From: Enoplolaimus lenunculus
Taxonomy: Eukaryota
Reading direction: 5' to 3'
Length of the DNA stretch: 64,000 bases
Assembly (NCBI GenBank): GCA_030248215.1
Contig: JASANG010001881.1
Location: 124,001 to 188,000, forward strand
The translations under genes and the position numbers were made by a program. The notes under the pieces are model-generated. The model was given only the letters and a program-made list of their open reading frames with translations, ran no database searches and was not told the origin of the DNA. This document shows positions 63,392-64,000 of this stretch, piece by piece (position 1 is the stretch's first letter; every line of letters starts with the position of its first letter).

Positions 63392-63634
63392 GGGCCATGT
63401 AAAGATCAGGGGCGGAGAGTTTTTCTGTGGGACTAGAATGGAGTAAGCTTAAGTTTTAGACTGTGTTTTGCTTGGCTTAGGCTTAGGAATAAACTCATTA
63501 TTACGCTTAGGATTAGGTTTTGGCTTAGACTTAGGTATAGGCTCATTCTTACGCTTAGGCTTTGGCTTAGACTTAGGATTTGGATTAGGAATATGCTTAT
63601 AATACTATTCCGCTTCTATTCTTTGCGATTGGCA
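63392..63634 (+). mobile_element. GGCC-ended TTAGGC MITE (subfamily a)
   Basis: TSD GAAAATTG/GAAAATTT. Confidence 0.85.
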
Positions 63635-63844
63635 GAAAATTTTTCCAATCTTTTAATCATAGCTTACGTTAGGAATTAGTATTCGAATTTAGCTTTTTAG
63701 GGAGATATTTCATGTCTTTATTCCTTGATCCATGCAGCAGAAAGGGATTTACGAGGACGTCTAAAATAGAAATTTCCGATTGTTTTTACAACATTTTTGT
63801 CCATAATTTTCATCTGAAATGTCGGCAAGCGTTCGTTTGTAAAT

Positions 63845-64000
63845 CACTGTAAATTCCAGTGAGTTGATTAAACTCACAACGAGTTCAATTCACTCAGAAA
63901 TCTGAGCTGTAAGTTAAGTCTTTCAGAACTCAGAATTTTTAAATGATTGAACTCATCTTGAGTTAAAGTTATTCAACTCACCCGAAATTCAATCAGCTCA
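63845..64000. mobile_element. CACTG MITE family A, truncated by window end
   Basis: CACTGTAAATTCCAGTGAGTTG left TIR. Confidence 0.75.

Overview
AT-rich, intron-rich eukaryotic DNA, most likely from a nematode (TTAGGC telomere-type hexamers, ACC-group Cys-loop channels). By hand-splicing GT-AG exons in consistent phase I reconstruct five protein-coding genes. (1) The 5' part of an ACC/MOD-1-group Cys-loop channel (-, runs off the left edge). (2) A complete but divergent 12-exon alpha-tubulin (-, 461 aa) with a Tyr-rich non-EEY tail. (3) A complete 10-exon orphan PAR-motif anion-type Cys-loop channel (+, 439 aa). (4) An 8-exon GDP-mannose pyrophosphorylase beta (GMPPB, +, 360 aa). (5) A 4-exon acc-4-like channel (+). 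Introns and intergenic DNA are packed with non-autonomous DNA transposons, often nested. The most notable are a GGCC-ended, 8-bp-TSD MITE group carrying telomeric TTAGGC arrays (about 15 copies), two CACTG-ended families with 2-bp TSDs, and a nest of short TG..CA elements with tRNA-like Pol III A/B boxes just upstream of GMPPB. There is also a ~400-bp-arm foldback, several minisatellites and a possible decayed envelope-glycoprotein relic. No CRISPR array, rRNA or intact tRNA gene was found. All homology calls come from recalled family motifs, not database searches.
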